Positions 44,301-51,197 of a stretch of DNA of 64,000 nt are shown here, piece by piece. Within the stretch, counting starts at the first letter, position 1. Each line of letters begins with the position of its first letter. The translations under genes were made by a program, and so were the position numbers. The notes under the pieces are model-generated. The model was not told the DNA's origin. It did not search any database and worked only from the letters and a program-made list of their open reading frames with translations. Origin of the DNA: an uncultured virus (IMG/VR IMGVR_UViG_3300027973_000046) (Duplodnaviria > Heunggongvirae > Uroviricota > Caudoviricetes); IMG/VR virus record IMGVR_UViG_3300027973_000046, positions 1 through 64,000 of that record; one strand, given 5' to 3'.

Positions 44301-46401
44301 TTACTGGCTTTGCTCCTGGAACTGTTCCAAATATTGTTCCATCCTGTGGGTTACCAGAAGGAATTAAATGTGACATGTCTCTTGAATATGGTTTACCGAC
44401 TAGTGGATTATTTTTATCCACCATTCTTCCAGCTGGGCCAGCTGCCATTATTACTCCGCCTGCTACTGTTGATACTGCTGGCTGGACTGAAACTTTGGCC
44501 GCATTTGCTTTTGCTTCTAGATTTATAAATGACTCTGCAAGTGTATTTACTGCATTTGATAAAACAATTGTTGCTTCTGTATCAGAGTAAAATGATGTTG
44601 CGAGTCCCTTGGCGGCTGCATCTGCGGCCATGATCTCTGGTGTTAATAATTTAAAACCTTGTCCGCCTTTTGCCAGCTGCCTTAGATGAAATATTCCCTT
44701 AATAACATAGCCAATAAAGTTGCCCATAACACCAGCCAACATAATAAGAGGTCCAGCAATTGCTGTAAAGCCTCCTAATACATTTAATAATGTTTTAACT
44801 GGCTCTGGAAGCTTTTGGAAAAACTTTATAATTGCGTCAACAACTTTTAATACCTTAGTGCTTATTCTTAAGAACTGCTCTCCTGCTCCAGCTAGATCTG
44901 CTTGAACTGATGCCCAAGCTCTTTTAAATTGACCAGAGGCTGACTCTGTCATCATCTTTAATTCTCGATCTGAAATCGCTGCTAAGTCTGTTACACTTGC
45001 CTTCATTAAGTCCATTACCTGGAGTGTCTGTGAACCAGATTTCCCTAAGTTTTCAAAGAGGGCCGACATTCTTGCAAACTGAAACTTACCGAATAGTTGT
45101 TCAATTGCTCTTGATTTGTCTAAAGGATTAAGATTATCTAAAGCGGCCTGTAATTCTAATATTGTTGCAGTAAGGTCTCCAGCATTACTATTTACAATTC
45201 CCTTTAGATCAATTCCAAATCCAGCGAACTGCTCTGTTGCAACCTTGGTTGGGTTGATAAGTGATGCCATTGCTGACTTAATTGCGTTTGCGCCTTCTGA
45301 TGCATTTACTCCACCTTCTTTCATTGCTGTAAGGTATAGTGCTAAATCTTTTACATCTCCGCCGAGTGCTTTAATTACTGGACCAGCTTTTGGAATCGCT
45401 TCAGTTAAATCTGCAAGGCTTGTTGAAGTTTGGTTTTCAACTGCGTTGAGGAAGTCAATTGATTGTGCAAGCTCGTCTGTGTTTTGTTTAAATGCATTTT
45501 GAATAGCAAGAGTTGCTTTCATAGCATCTTGTCTGTCAACTTCACCAAGGACTGCAAGTCTTGTTGTTTGCTGTGTAGCTGCAATTAGTTCATTGCCCTG
45601 TTGTCCAGTTGCTGCTAAGTCTGCCGCAAGTGCAATTGTTTCTTTATAAGCAACACCATACGACCCAGCAATCTCTCTTGCTGTAGCTGTAACATCTTTT
45701 CTTACCTGCGCCAAGTCTGCAGATGAAGTTGCTGCAAGTCCGCCGTAGACCTTTGTTAATCTTACTAGCTCTGCATCCGCTTCTCTAAATGCTTTTTGTG
45801 CTGCTGCTCCAAACATAACCAAAGGAACTGTTAGTCCTACTGTTAGCTGACGACCTGCCCACTGGGTATTTTTACCCCAGTTAATAAGACCAGTAGATCC
45901 ATCAAGCATTACCTTGTTCATTATTGCGGCTTCTTGTCTAGCAATAGCCATCTTATTCTTTATTTCATCAAGGCCCTTTGCAACCATAACATTGTACTGC
46001 ATTTGGCCTTGTGCATTTTTACCTACAGGCTGAACTATAGCTTGCTGAAGCATTACTTGCTGCTTAGCAAGGTCTCTAATTAAATTGCTTGTTTTCTTTG
46101 TATGACCGTTCCAAGCATTATAATAATCGTTGAGCTTGAGGCGACCTCTATCTAAGTTCTTACCGAACTTGTCTACGTCTGAAGATAGTGATACAAAGTG
46201 TTGAGAGAACTGGCCTGTTGATGTAAGCGTTGTAGCAAACGACTTGTTCATCACTGCAATTTGGTTTGCAAGCTTTGCGTTTGTTCCCGCTGTTGTTTCT
46301 TGTAACTTTACGAGTTGGGCAGTAACCGCAGCTAGTTGAGCTCTTAGGCTCGTGAAGTCTGCGTGGGCGGTAATATTGGTAGTTATTATATTATCTGCCA
46401 T
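35359..46401 (-). CDS. Tape measure protein (TP901-type core), 3680 aa, with multiple accessory domains
   Basis: Follows the tail chaperones; GRQLTVGLTVPL, TRLAVLGEVD, FLNAVEN, LFGK; hydrophobic segments; repeated FAxGG..GExV motifs. Confidence 0.93.
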   Translation of the reverse strand: MADNIITTNITAHADFTSLRAQLAAVTAQLVKLQETTAGTNAKLANQIAVMNKSFATTLTSTGQFSQHFVSLSSDVDKFGKNLDRGRLKLNDYYNAWNGHTKKTSNLIRDLAKQQVMLQQAIVQPVGKNAQGQMQYNVMVAKGLDEIKNKMAIARQEAAIMNKVMLDGSTGLINWGKNTQWAGRQLTVGLTVPLVMFGAAAQKAFREADAELVRLTKVYGGLAATSSADLAQVRKDVTATAREIAGSYGVAYKETIALAADLAATGQQGNELIAATQQTTRLAVLGEVDRQDAMKATLAIQNAFKQNTDELAQSIDFLNAVENQTSTSLADLTEAIPKAGPVIKALGGDVKDLALYLTAMKEGGVNASEGANAIKSAMASLINPTKVATEQFAGFGIDLKGIVNSNAGDLTATILELQAALDNLNPLDKSRAIEQLFGKFQFARMSALFENLGKSGSQTLQVMDLMKASVTDLAAISDRELKMMTESASGQFKRAWASVQADLAGAGEQFLRISTKVLKVVDAIIKFFQKLPEPVKTLLNVLGGFTAIAGPLIMLAGVMGNFIGYVIKGIFHLRQLAKGGQGFKLLTPEIMAADAAAKGLATSFYSDTEATIVLSNAVNTLAESFINLEAKANAAKVSVQPAVSTVAGGVIMAAGPAGRMVDKNNPLVGKPYSRDMSHLIPSGNPQDGTIFGTVPGAKPVNIRVGRNPQAYMDADLPKIPGLTSVGGASTGIVAAEAAKWHAMTAAIAMQSEAELKILKAEVMATGTVTSSLSDSYQALLPEFSQITDLAAKETAAIVQQVQQSKITVEQGRARIISLNATVEAMLAETTRLTAAGMGRTANLTTVPLTSQPVVDPVTGKSNMKEMFHKGPTKAMVDRIARALGGVRTSGAGYNIETTKPRFAKGGFVPGTGDTDTYHTTAEPGAFVINKAATEKHLPLITNILGGKSYYAQEGGQVPVVLTPGEAVIPANIAKRNMPLMYELNGGPGNTSGSGMHEFGGETAFERSHVSEASAADLKRVRATRGYANSVSVGRGIPIWMSRDANQQTRSVGSGMTGPQLAKEFRKAIAAGRHPFEPWMTAAQGLGGDPRNNTQFNKVFNEMLKNLEKDTRVFGGKNGVMTFEKWFEKEVIGSKSFKDIRVGDRSFKSIFNSVLQPMGPRDGKPIAALETLVKSRNGLTTIENSKLAGLAKGMLGTFSGSSFNASRQRLAIMMSRAFLKRNAGGSIPGGAVERGRYGYGKPFFIGMPKTIKQVEEQRAKRVAMEKANQAVTDSRFAKTPVTQYGELLSPTSGRSFPVPGVGGLYMKGDEKVFVKPVLDERAAVAEMRATQIAREVHGLHAPTQKVVVMRDPTDPTGRRKLLALESKFDPKVAATDAKFTTDEYFRQLVASALRGDKDLARGNLSGNVLSDVGPAGVFSAASGLRGYASVMPSVKDQAYINLLGKKGSGAKKFFAESTHQIPKGMTADEYHSRMLKEIESALPKLKQTVSRFDLNPEEKVVYEAMIKRLSDARGVNWKELHGIHSGLQMSPEKQMTPAAIAKMVAADELKRRQTGHSASLSDNAFKTDANGFRFGGLLEAITKSKAMHRIGAGFGPTGAPKPSTYESAPWGVTSLQIGMAEKLFGSTGLTKRTQKILYDKFAASLAKEMPYGYTKNAQGHLIRAVEPDVMDSVIRSAASSTLSAPEGRKVLSAIDREILRKKFANWESKKDTPLTETLKQLVFGIEKREMGGPVNSGQPYIVGEKGPELFVPRNAGGIIPNGYKAGGPINGFNPGGLIPMLKQLLLIMGISEGSKYAGEKIGGTPGNVMTTMGSFLPFLLMGNAMPKGGGKGISNMFPKATQPIGAKTAVEGVFRNGKPLLVDTKYGTQLTKLSGSANLLSKSLGAALKIFTRFNLALGITAIGVQFAWKKWQEHKEALRLNALGYGMTAEAASKAGLKFTNFNDKIKEAINNAKALREKNTLLYESMKGSGTPLKITIEEYKKLKKEVKENYSDQVALINQTGDNAEDQKALAIRLKEQLIAMGMSAEDAAKKIYTMYAASDLAPNAAAYTVRSQGFNDIKDTASAAASAIDSLTTAMETNRDATEQANQLNTAMMALSTDVESRQAKALKEARKQANKDGTYLSTGDEKQIMLDQEQAAIDEINSKVQNQGYLTKEVVDEMSKIDPAIRQIVNEQETALSLWQKTRIQVKGYTGDLRALNDQQTNDLYNLQIALGKSIEAANRAPGGALEKQYKALDANKKLQAAYEKAARGQSVAQQISDRDKINSIQKQIDANNKLTESRLKALDAAKQEGDIGREIAKKQAEYDAALATGNIAGAQQASLDIQGYQSELQYNSQKKSLEDSNTLKNLPLQKLIEAIQGKQQGIADKAQLAGEKLGDLSKTITNQESAISSVNSAMLNWEIELLKQPEAERAKWKAGKESEKMLGAVADAAKAAGIKLNGLKDLDLAKALTDGLQNKLGAMSTIDVKGNVSIYVDGKKFEIGGRGSGTKDAPYDLGKAGVGTNTISKTTLADWSGLGGFGKLGTRQKVKDVAEERGILPGQFFSLTDNDGKIFVYKMDNRGQIIEVTDPYKKADGGYIRGAGTATSDSIPAYLSNGEYVIKADSVAKYGVDHFDALNAGRFAAGGPITPTAQSDHKSSFGNGSTTVNVNHQGGKLMGPIEAWQDANKQIIKIEVPPITANFATNSYTLNKEQRLELQAIAKDLIKHKLASIVVQGHTDSVGKGKDNEILSQNRAKSIAEYMSKFVPGTAFTPVGYGEYRPLVPNTTAENRARNRRAELFLPDKYKTIYPEYVPEKHEYFLSKGRIEGGGEILGTNGQLIGTNGTLVSGGSMQSTINWGKLFKKIKSGLGFHKGGHVGGIPKFGFGGWVKSGFKKMPQIMGSAAIWQSMEEIEKRLSLKWGANENASGLSKWGRALGRVAFNTAQGGLSGLTFGGAGGLGGVGIGLVEGLAGLIKDGSQYGVKGGTQSGVKGFNANKELKNMSFSKSAQNVALTAGLSVPFGFAGNKIAPHISKIVQRVKDAKAWTHFAHNSPDALTPNIGRRTDAMHTYGPGTYGALDSTTYASDQFSTNAHKLSLSPLAWLKTAFGKGAITDGPEMAAEKLRYANKFGVSQPTYISDDFANYLRKRGYSGYKTEDGIVTNWNVGYPGFGLKNDLGKIPFAAKGILAKAKGLLSKIKSGVTGIPARIKELRLPNKLENETLKHGYQYGRKSGQAQTDLLLDPKQLKARKDYEAPLIKILDEAGYEPNDYGSGWVRKGTDPQHPKTSDFLSERDGTLYDILGQLNRGMYDFNPIVHGRGRYYYGSAVGAKVKNIEDRIMKFLKSKAIKSNPIVSRLMVNRFFGKKLTDFMVKNASDDVKGVFPAGLPMSSIQDALGTTSFHGGALSEIANRVLSSGPVGEAGKLFKGQAINPAKNWFGLDLFTTSSQSVGKAYRQKNLETNPLSSLFELALRIKSAKPLDIRHGIPALSISNPKFLRTYIKTLLKAGKNREAFEFLLQEGGSELRKIGSTASDARAQAFSQGTETAEALIRSKLDSILHTGGMQVNPGAELHNVLAMLDPEKLVAGFKKILEYSGNGIGSTYGIPQLKTGVNNVPADMLAMLHKNEAVVPANMNPFNPNANNATMGGGVYNITNNINGYDGNLEQLSSMVTQKTITAIKSLDSRNAKMAGPSFTVGAK

Positions 46402-46410
46402 ATATATATG

Positions 46411-47075
46411 TTACTCTATAGAGTATCCTAATCCCGCTCCGACACCGAATCCAGCTTCCGCTGCTAAGCCACCTTGTAATGAAACAACATCGTCTGCTGA
46501 TGCATTTATACCAAGTGCTCTTCTTCTAATGTCTTCGAAGGATGACCCCTCCTTATTTTCATTACTGCTTTCATTTAACTCAACGCCCTGTATTAAAGCT
46601 AAGAACTTTCTTTTCTCTTCTTCAGTTTTTTGCATTGATTTAAAAGTCTGGACCATCTCTGGCATCGAAAGACTATCTTCTAATTCTTCGTAATTTTTCC
46701 AATTACCTAGAAGAAAGACTTCCCCTTCTAAAGCGGCTAAATCTAGTTCTGCCCAGCCAGTACCGTTGCCGCTAGAAGGTTTGGGTCGTCCATCTTAATT
46801 CCACCGCATACTTCAAGAATGCGATTGATTGTTGGAACGTCAAGTGTGTCTTCAAATGCGTCAATGTCTTTAACTAGCTCTGGTAGTTGCTTTTCTAAAG
46901 CCACTGCACATGCTTCGATTAAAATTGTTAGTGTTTCATCTTCTGATGAAACTTCTGCTGTCTTCTGAATGACGACCATAAACTTGCGAAGCTCTTTAAT
47001 TGTTAAAGGCTTAAGCTTAACTGTTGCGCCATTTGCTAGTTGAATTTCTTCAACATCATATACCGTACTTGCCAT
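46411..47075 (-). CDS. Tail assembly chaperone, -1 frameshift fusion product (gpGT-like)
   Basis: Slippery C CCA AAC at 46779-46785. The -1 frame is open (PSSGNGTGWAELDLAALEGEVFLLGNWKNYEELEDSLSMPEM...) and in frame with ORF 46411-46665. Confidence 0.8.
46743..47075 (-). CDS. Tail assembly chaperone (gpG-like)
   Basis: Between the major tail gene and the TMP; LKPLTIKELRKF; GGAGG RBS. Confidence 0.85.
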   Translation of the reverse strand: MASTVYDVEEIQLANGATVKLKPLTIKELRKFMVVIQKTAEVSSEDETLTILIEACAVALEKQLPELVKDIDAFEDTLDVPTINRILEVCGGIKMDDPNLLAATVLAGQN

Positions 47076-47104
47076 TTTAATCCTCCTAGGATCTTGTCTT
47101 AATT

Positions 47105-47133
47105 ATTGTATCATATTCAAAATACAAGAGCAA
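47105..47133 (-). promoter_or_regulatory. Sigma70-like promoter for the chaperone/TMP genes
   Basis: Minus strand TTGCTC-N17-TACAAT with a TG extension. Confidence 0.55.
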
Positions 47134-47161
47134 TAGAAAGCCCCCCAATTTCTTGGGGGGC
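47133..47161 (-). terminator. Intrinsic terminator after the major tail gene
   Basis: GCCCCCCAA-N4-TTGGGGGGC stem (47140-47161), then TTTCTATT on the minus strand. Confidence 0.75.
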
Positions 47162-47185
47162 AATCTATTAATTAATTAATATTAA

Positions 47186-47884
47186 TTATGCTACTAGGAC
47201 ACGGTCAACAATAATGCCGTATTCCCTGCCTTGCTTTGCTTCTACTGGAAGCAAACGGAAGGTTACTGGGAATGTTGTTGCTGCGTTACGTGATAGTGAG
47301 AACTGTGACTGTTGTACAGAAAGAACACGACGAGCATAATATACACGCTCTGTCTTTGTTGCAGATTCTGTAGGTGCCTGTCCAACTGCTACTAGCTGAC
47401 GCTCTGTTGGTGCAATACCAAGAGCTCCTGCCTCTAGACCAATTGTGTCTGTCTTATTTTCTGCTACAGCTGTTCCAGTTGTTACTGCTGAACCTGCCTG
47501 TCCAAATACTGCAAGAACGTTCTCAAGAGTACCTTCTGCAAGCTCTGTTGCAATCATAACTTCCATTGACTCTTTGAAAAGTTTTGCTGAGTCAAGAAGC
47601 TGATCTACTGTTACTGAACCGTATGATGGGTTGTAAGTAATTTGAAGACCGTTATTTGTAAATCCAACGTTTCTCCACTTTGCTTGGTTTCCTACCGCGT
47701 TAAGTGTGTCTGCGTATGAAGCTGTTTTTAGTACTGGTGGGGTTGCTGCTGCATTTTTTACAACAAAAGCTACACCGTCGGTTGAACCTGGCTCCATGTC
47801 ATCCTTGTAGCCTGCTGATGTTGAATCAAGTGCTGACAAGAATAGTGGAGAAGCTCCAACTAGAATATTTTTGGCTGATGCCAT
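47186..47884 (-). CDS. Major tail (tube) protein
   Basis: NILVGASPLF, VGFTNNG, VDQLLD, ELAEGTLEN, FPVTFRLLP; GGAGG RBS. Confidence 0.85.
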   Translation of the reverse strand: MASAKNILVGASPLFLSALDSTSAGYKDDMEPGSTDGVAFVVKNAAATPPVLKTASYADTLNAVGNQAKWRNVGFTNNGLQITYNPSYGSVTVDQLLDSAKLFKESMEVMIATELAEGTLENVLAVFGQAGSAVTTGTAVAENKTDTIGLEAGALGIAPTERQLVAVGQAPTESATKTERVYYARRVLSVQQSQFSLSRNAATTFPVTFRLLPVEAKQGREYGIIVDRVLVA

Positions 47885-47973
47885 TTGTATTACCTCCATT
47901 AAATAAATATATATATTGACTTACTTTTAAATCTAAATCAAAGCTGGCTAGGCTCTCTTTTTCCTCTTGCCTA

Positions 47974-48002
47974 ATTTTACTGGATAACTATACTAAAAGC
48001 AA
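47974..48002 (-). promoter_or_regulatory. Promoter for the major tail gene
   Basis: Minus strand TTGCTT-N17-TAAAAT. Confidence 0.5.
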
Positions 48003-48512
48003 CTAGTTGAATCTGCCGCTTTTGTCTGTGGTCCTTGAATACTTGACTTCTAGGATCACATCTGTGGACATAAAGCCCTTTAGCTCCATGGACGGATCTA
48101 TGGGGGATGTTTCTACAATATGGATGCTGTGAAACTTTAGCTTGCTAGGCCTATTTTGATCATTTACATCTACTGCCGATTCGTCCATTCTTCTAAATAG
48201 ATCAGTCATGAGGTTTCTAATCTCATATATTTCCGTGACGTCTGTGGAGTATATTGTAAATAAGATCTTCTCGCAGCATATTAACCAGTTCTCTTCATAT
48301 GACATCCCTATCTTGTCATAGATTATATGCTTCTTGCCGTTTAAAAATTGATCCATTTCTGGGGATTGCTGTACTGGGATGATTGGAATTATCTCTTTTC
48401 CGAGATTATCTGAATAGTAGTCATAGGCATCAAATATAAAAGAATCTTTTAGTTCTTTCCACAAAAATTTACGAAGCTCGAACATTGCGTCTATTTTATA
48501 GTCTACGGTCAT
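48003..48512 (-). CDS. Tail terminator / tail completion protein
   Basis: Position directly upstream of the major tail gene; size. Confidence 0.55.
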   Translation of the reverse strand: MTVDYKIDAMFELRKFLWKELKDSFIFDAYDYYSDNLGKEIIPIIPVQQSPEMDQFLNGKKHIIYDKIGMSYEENWLICCEKILFTIYSTDVTEIYEIRNLMTDLFRRMDESAVDVNDQNRPSKLKFHSIHIVETSPIDPSMELKGFMSTDVILEVKYSRTTDKSGRFN

Positions 48513-49297
48513 AGTGAGCCTCCAAATGCTGCATCCAAGGATGCGTCTGCCTGTATCCTTATTTTACCAGGGGTAAAGCTATATTGCACCTTTTTAATAT
48601 TCATTGGTACGTCCAAAGCCTTTGCCATTTTTAAATTAAATATTCTTTGTAGGCCTGATGATTTTATTGAAGAGTTTACTAATTGCCCACCAAAAAATCT
48701 TCCATAAGATAGTGAGAACTGGTGGGATGCTTGTGCTCCACCAGGCTTCCTAACGGTCACTGAGGTGCCTTTGGGCATAAAGACTGTTTCACCATCCATC
48801 TCGAATACAAGTCGCTCAGCGGACCTTGGGCGGATTACTATGGGCATTCCAGCCTCCATCACGTCAGCCTTGTTTCCAAATACATATTTTTTCTTTTGTT
48901 TTTTATTTTTAGTGGGCACAGATGATTTTGATAATTTAAAATTATAGTTTATTCTAAATGATAAGCCTTCCATCTCAATTGCATAAAGATTAAATAATCT
49001 AGAAGATGGTATGCCTGTTTTATTCCATTCGTAAACATGGTGTAATGATCGGGGCTTTGTTCTTGCCTGGGAATCTATATATAGCCCAAAATCTTTTTCT
49101 ATCTGATTAAAGATAGTTGTTTTAAATAGATTCTTAAATGATTCGTTTGTAGTTAATTTTGAAAGGACTGCAGCCTCATAGTATAAGAATGCTGATATTT
49201 GTGCAACCGTGCTGTCCTTAATAACTCCTGGGACTGAGCCTGCCATTAGTCTTTCTAGGCCGCTTGCTGTTTGAATTAAAGCTACGCTAGAATCCAA
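48509..49297 (-). CDS. Neck / tail completion protein
   Basis: LHHVYEW, KADVME.G; head-tail cluster; TTG start assumed. Confidence 0.55.
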   Translation of the reverse strand: MDSSVALIQTASGLERLMAGSVPGVIKDSTVAQISAFLYYEAAVLSKLTTNESFKNLFKTTIFNQIEKDFGLYIDSQARTKPRSLHHVYEWNKTGIPSSRLFNLYAIEMEGLSFRINYNFKLSKSSVPTKNKKQKKKYVFGNKADVMEAGMPIVIRPRSAERLVFEMDGETVFMPKGTSVTVRKPGGAQASHQFSLSYGRFFGGQLVNSSIKSSGLQRIFNLKMAKALDVPMNIKKVQYSFTPGKIRIQADASLDAAFGGSL

Positions 49298-49712
49298 TTT
49301 CCTGATTCTCCGATCTCTTTGCAATAGAGTTGTATGCAAGGACATTACCAAATGGATCGGTAATCGGGGTAGAGCTTATAACTTCAAATACTGTTGGAGT
49401 GTTATTTGGATAGTTTATTTCTTTCCATACCACGTTGCCATTCATATCTCTAACGTTAGTAATTTTTTCTCTATACGTTATTTGGTCTGGCGTTCTTATC
49501 TCAAGCATCTGCTCATTCATATACTTGTTGTTAAACGTTTGTTTGTCTCCGCCTCTTCCTGTGCCAGAATTTGAAATCATTCCTTTTGCAGAACATGGAA
49601 CAGACCTAGTAAATATCCATTCTTTTTTAATAGCACCAGTATTTTCATCTTGAGTGTCTAATTGAAGATAGATGTCTAGCTTCATTGGCATTAATGAAGT
49701 TGCCAGGCTCAT
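49287..49712 (-). CDS. Head-tail stopper
   Basis: QDENTGAIKKEW; beta-rich; position. Confidence 0.6.
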   Translation of the reverse strand: MSLATSLMPMKLDIYLQLDTQDENTGAIKKEWIFTRSVPCSAKGMISNSGTGRGGDKQTFNNKYMNEQMLEIRTPDQITYREKITNVRDMNGNVVWKEINYPNNTPTVFEVISSTPITDPFGNVLAYNSIAKRSENQEIGF

Positions 49713-50681
49713 TTAGAATACGACCATGCCATTTGTTACATATGGCGCAAGCAGTTGATCCGCGTATAAGTTTCCAGTTCCTCTGTGTGCGTCTTCCATG
49801 AACTCAAACTTCCAGTCAAATGTGCTTATGTTTTTTACGTATTTATCTTTCCATGCACGGTCTTGCTCGAAGTATTGTTTCATTAAAATTTTACAGGCTT
49901 CTTTAACATTGTCTGGCACATAGTTCCAGCCAAATAAACCTTCAACCTGATATCTCAGGTCTTTCTTAAATGTTCCAGAATGACCCCTACTATTAACTGA
50001 TGGGGTAACCATTCCGTTTGCCGAGTATATTGTGTCGTCTTGAAGATCTTGTAGGTTAACTCTGACTCCATAATTTGATTCAGAAACTATTGGTATATAG
50101 AACCAGTTGTTTACGGAAAGCGCAGAATCAAATACTTTAACGTCTTGCTCATAAAGTTTTGTAATTTGCTCTATTCTAATTGGAAGCGGAAGAATGTCTG
50201 ATCCGTGACCTTGTGCAACTTGTGTGCCTATATAGCTATGAAAAAATTGATTTGTATACGCTTCAATTAATTTTCTAGCATATTTCTCTGCTTGCTGTAA
50301 ATCATTATATGTTTTATGATTTGGGTCAGAAGGGTCCGTACCAATATTTAAATCGTCAATTACATCGTATATATTTACATACGGCGTAACAATATCTACC
50401 ATTTGAATGTTTGAAGAAGATACACCAGAGACTGAATAAGTCCATTCAATTCTAAGCTTTTTAGGTTGGCTTGCGATTGTATGTGGAATTATAATTTCAT
50501 ACGTTCCAATATCTGTATCTAGTTTTGTGGCAGTATAAGTTGCTATTGTAGCGCTTAGAGTACCAGATGGCAATGCTTCTTTTACTACTGCAGTTACATT
50601 GCCAGTTGCATCTGTTATTTCTCCACCCCAGTATAATTTAAATCTTACTGGTGAAGCTTGCTTTACATATATTTCTGCCAT
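49713..50681 (-). CDS. Head-tail adaptor with an N-terminal Ig-like domain
   Basis: ARKLIEAYTNQFF, FGWNYVPDNVKEA, ADQLLAPY. Confidence 0.7.
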   Translation of the reverse strand: MAEIYVKQASPVRFKLYWGGEITDATGNVTAVVKEALPSGTLSATIATYTATKLDTDIGTYEIIIPHTIASQPKKLRIEWTYSVSGVSSSNIQMVDIVTPYVNIYDVIDDLNIGTDPSDPNHKTYNDLQQAEKYARKLIEAYTNQFFHSYIGTQVAQGHGSDILPLPIRIEQITKLYEQDVKVFDSALSVNNWFYIPIVSESNYGVRVNLQDLQDDTIYSANGMVTPSVNSRGHSGTFKKDLRYQVEGLFGWNYVPDNVKEACKILMKQYFEQDRAWKDKYVKNISTFDWKFEFMEDAHRGTGNLYADQLLAPYVTNGMVVF

Positions 50682-50697
50682 TAACTTATGTTAACGT

Positions 50698-51090
50698 TTA
50701 GTTATAGAAGTCTTGAACTTCCTTTGGTGTCGCTAAACGAAAACCCTCCTCTGTATCAAAGATTTTTTGAGCGTCATCTTCAGACATTGCTATAAAAGGA
50801 TGATCTTTTGTAAAGGTATATCCGTGGATATCGTATCTGTGATTATCTCTTGTCATTCTTACAAGCAGGGTATCTTCTGGTTGCGCTTTTGGATCAAACT
50901 TTGGAAGAATTTCAATTTCTTCTGTGTCTCTTTCAATTGCCTCTACCGTACTTTGATATACACTCCAGGTAACGCCTTCTTCTGCTAGAGCTGCAATAAT
51001 GTCTTTTTTGTTCTTTAGGCCTTCTGTATCAACTGCAAAATCTGTTGCAATTACTTTTAATTCAGCCACCTTTAATGTGTCAAACGACAT
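50698..51090 (-). CDS. Head-associated hypothetical protein (N-terminal Rho-N/HeH-like)
   Basis: LKVAELKVIA..GLKNKKDII; follows the major capsid gene. Confidence 0.55.
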   Translation of the reverse strand: MSFDTLKVAELKVIATDFAVDTEGLKNKKDIIAALAEEGVTWSVYQSTVEAIERDTEEIEILPKFDPKAQPEDTLLVRMTRDNHRYDIHGYTFTKDHPFIAMSEDDAQKIFDTEEGFRLATPKEVQDFYN

Positions 51091-51144
51091 ATTTTATTTC
51101 TCCTTTTTCTAGGTCCTTTAATTATAGCATTGTTAAATTTAAAT

Positions 51145-51176
51145 GAAAAGCCCCCAAAATTAATTGGGGGCCTTTC
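51145..51176 (-). terminator. Intrinsic terminator after the major capsid gene
   Basis: GCCCCCAA-N6-TTGGGGGC stem, then TTTTCATTT on the minus strand. Confidence 0.75.
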
Positions 51177-51197
51177 TGTGGTCTAATTCCTAATTAA

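Noticed and set aside
47162..47190. ATTAATT palindromic run as an origin or operator
   Set aside because: Low-complexity AT spacer between a stop codon and a terminator; there is a similar run after the capsid gene and no iterons.
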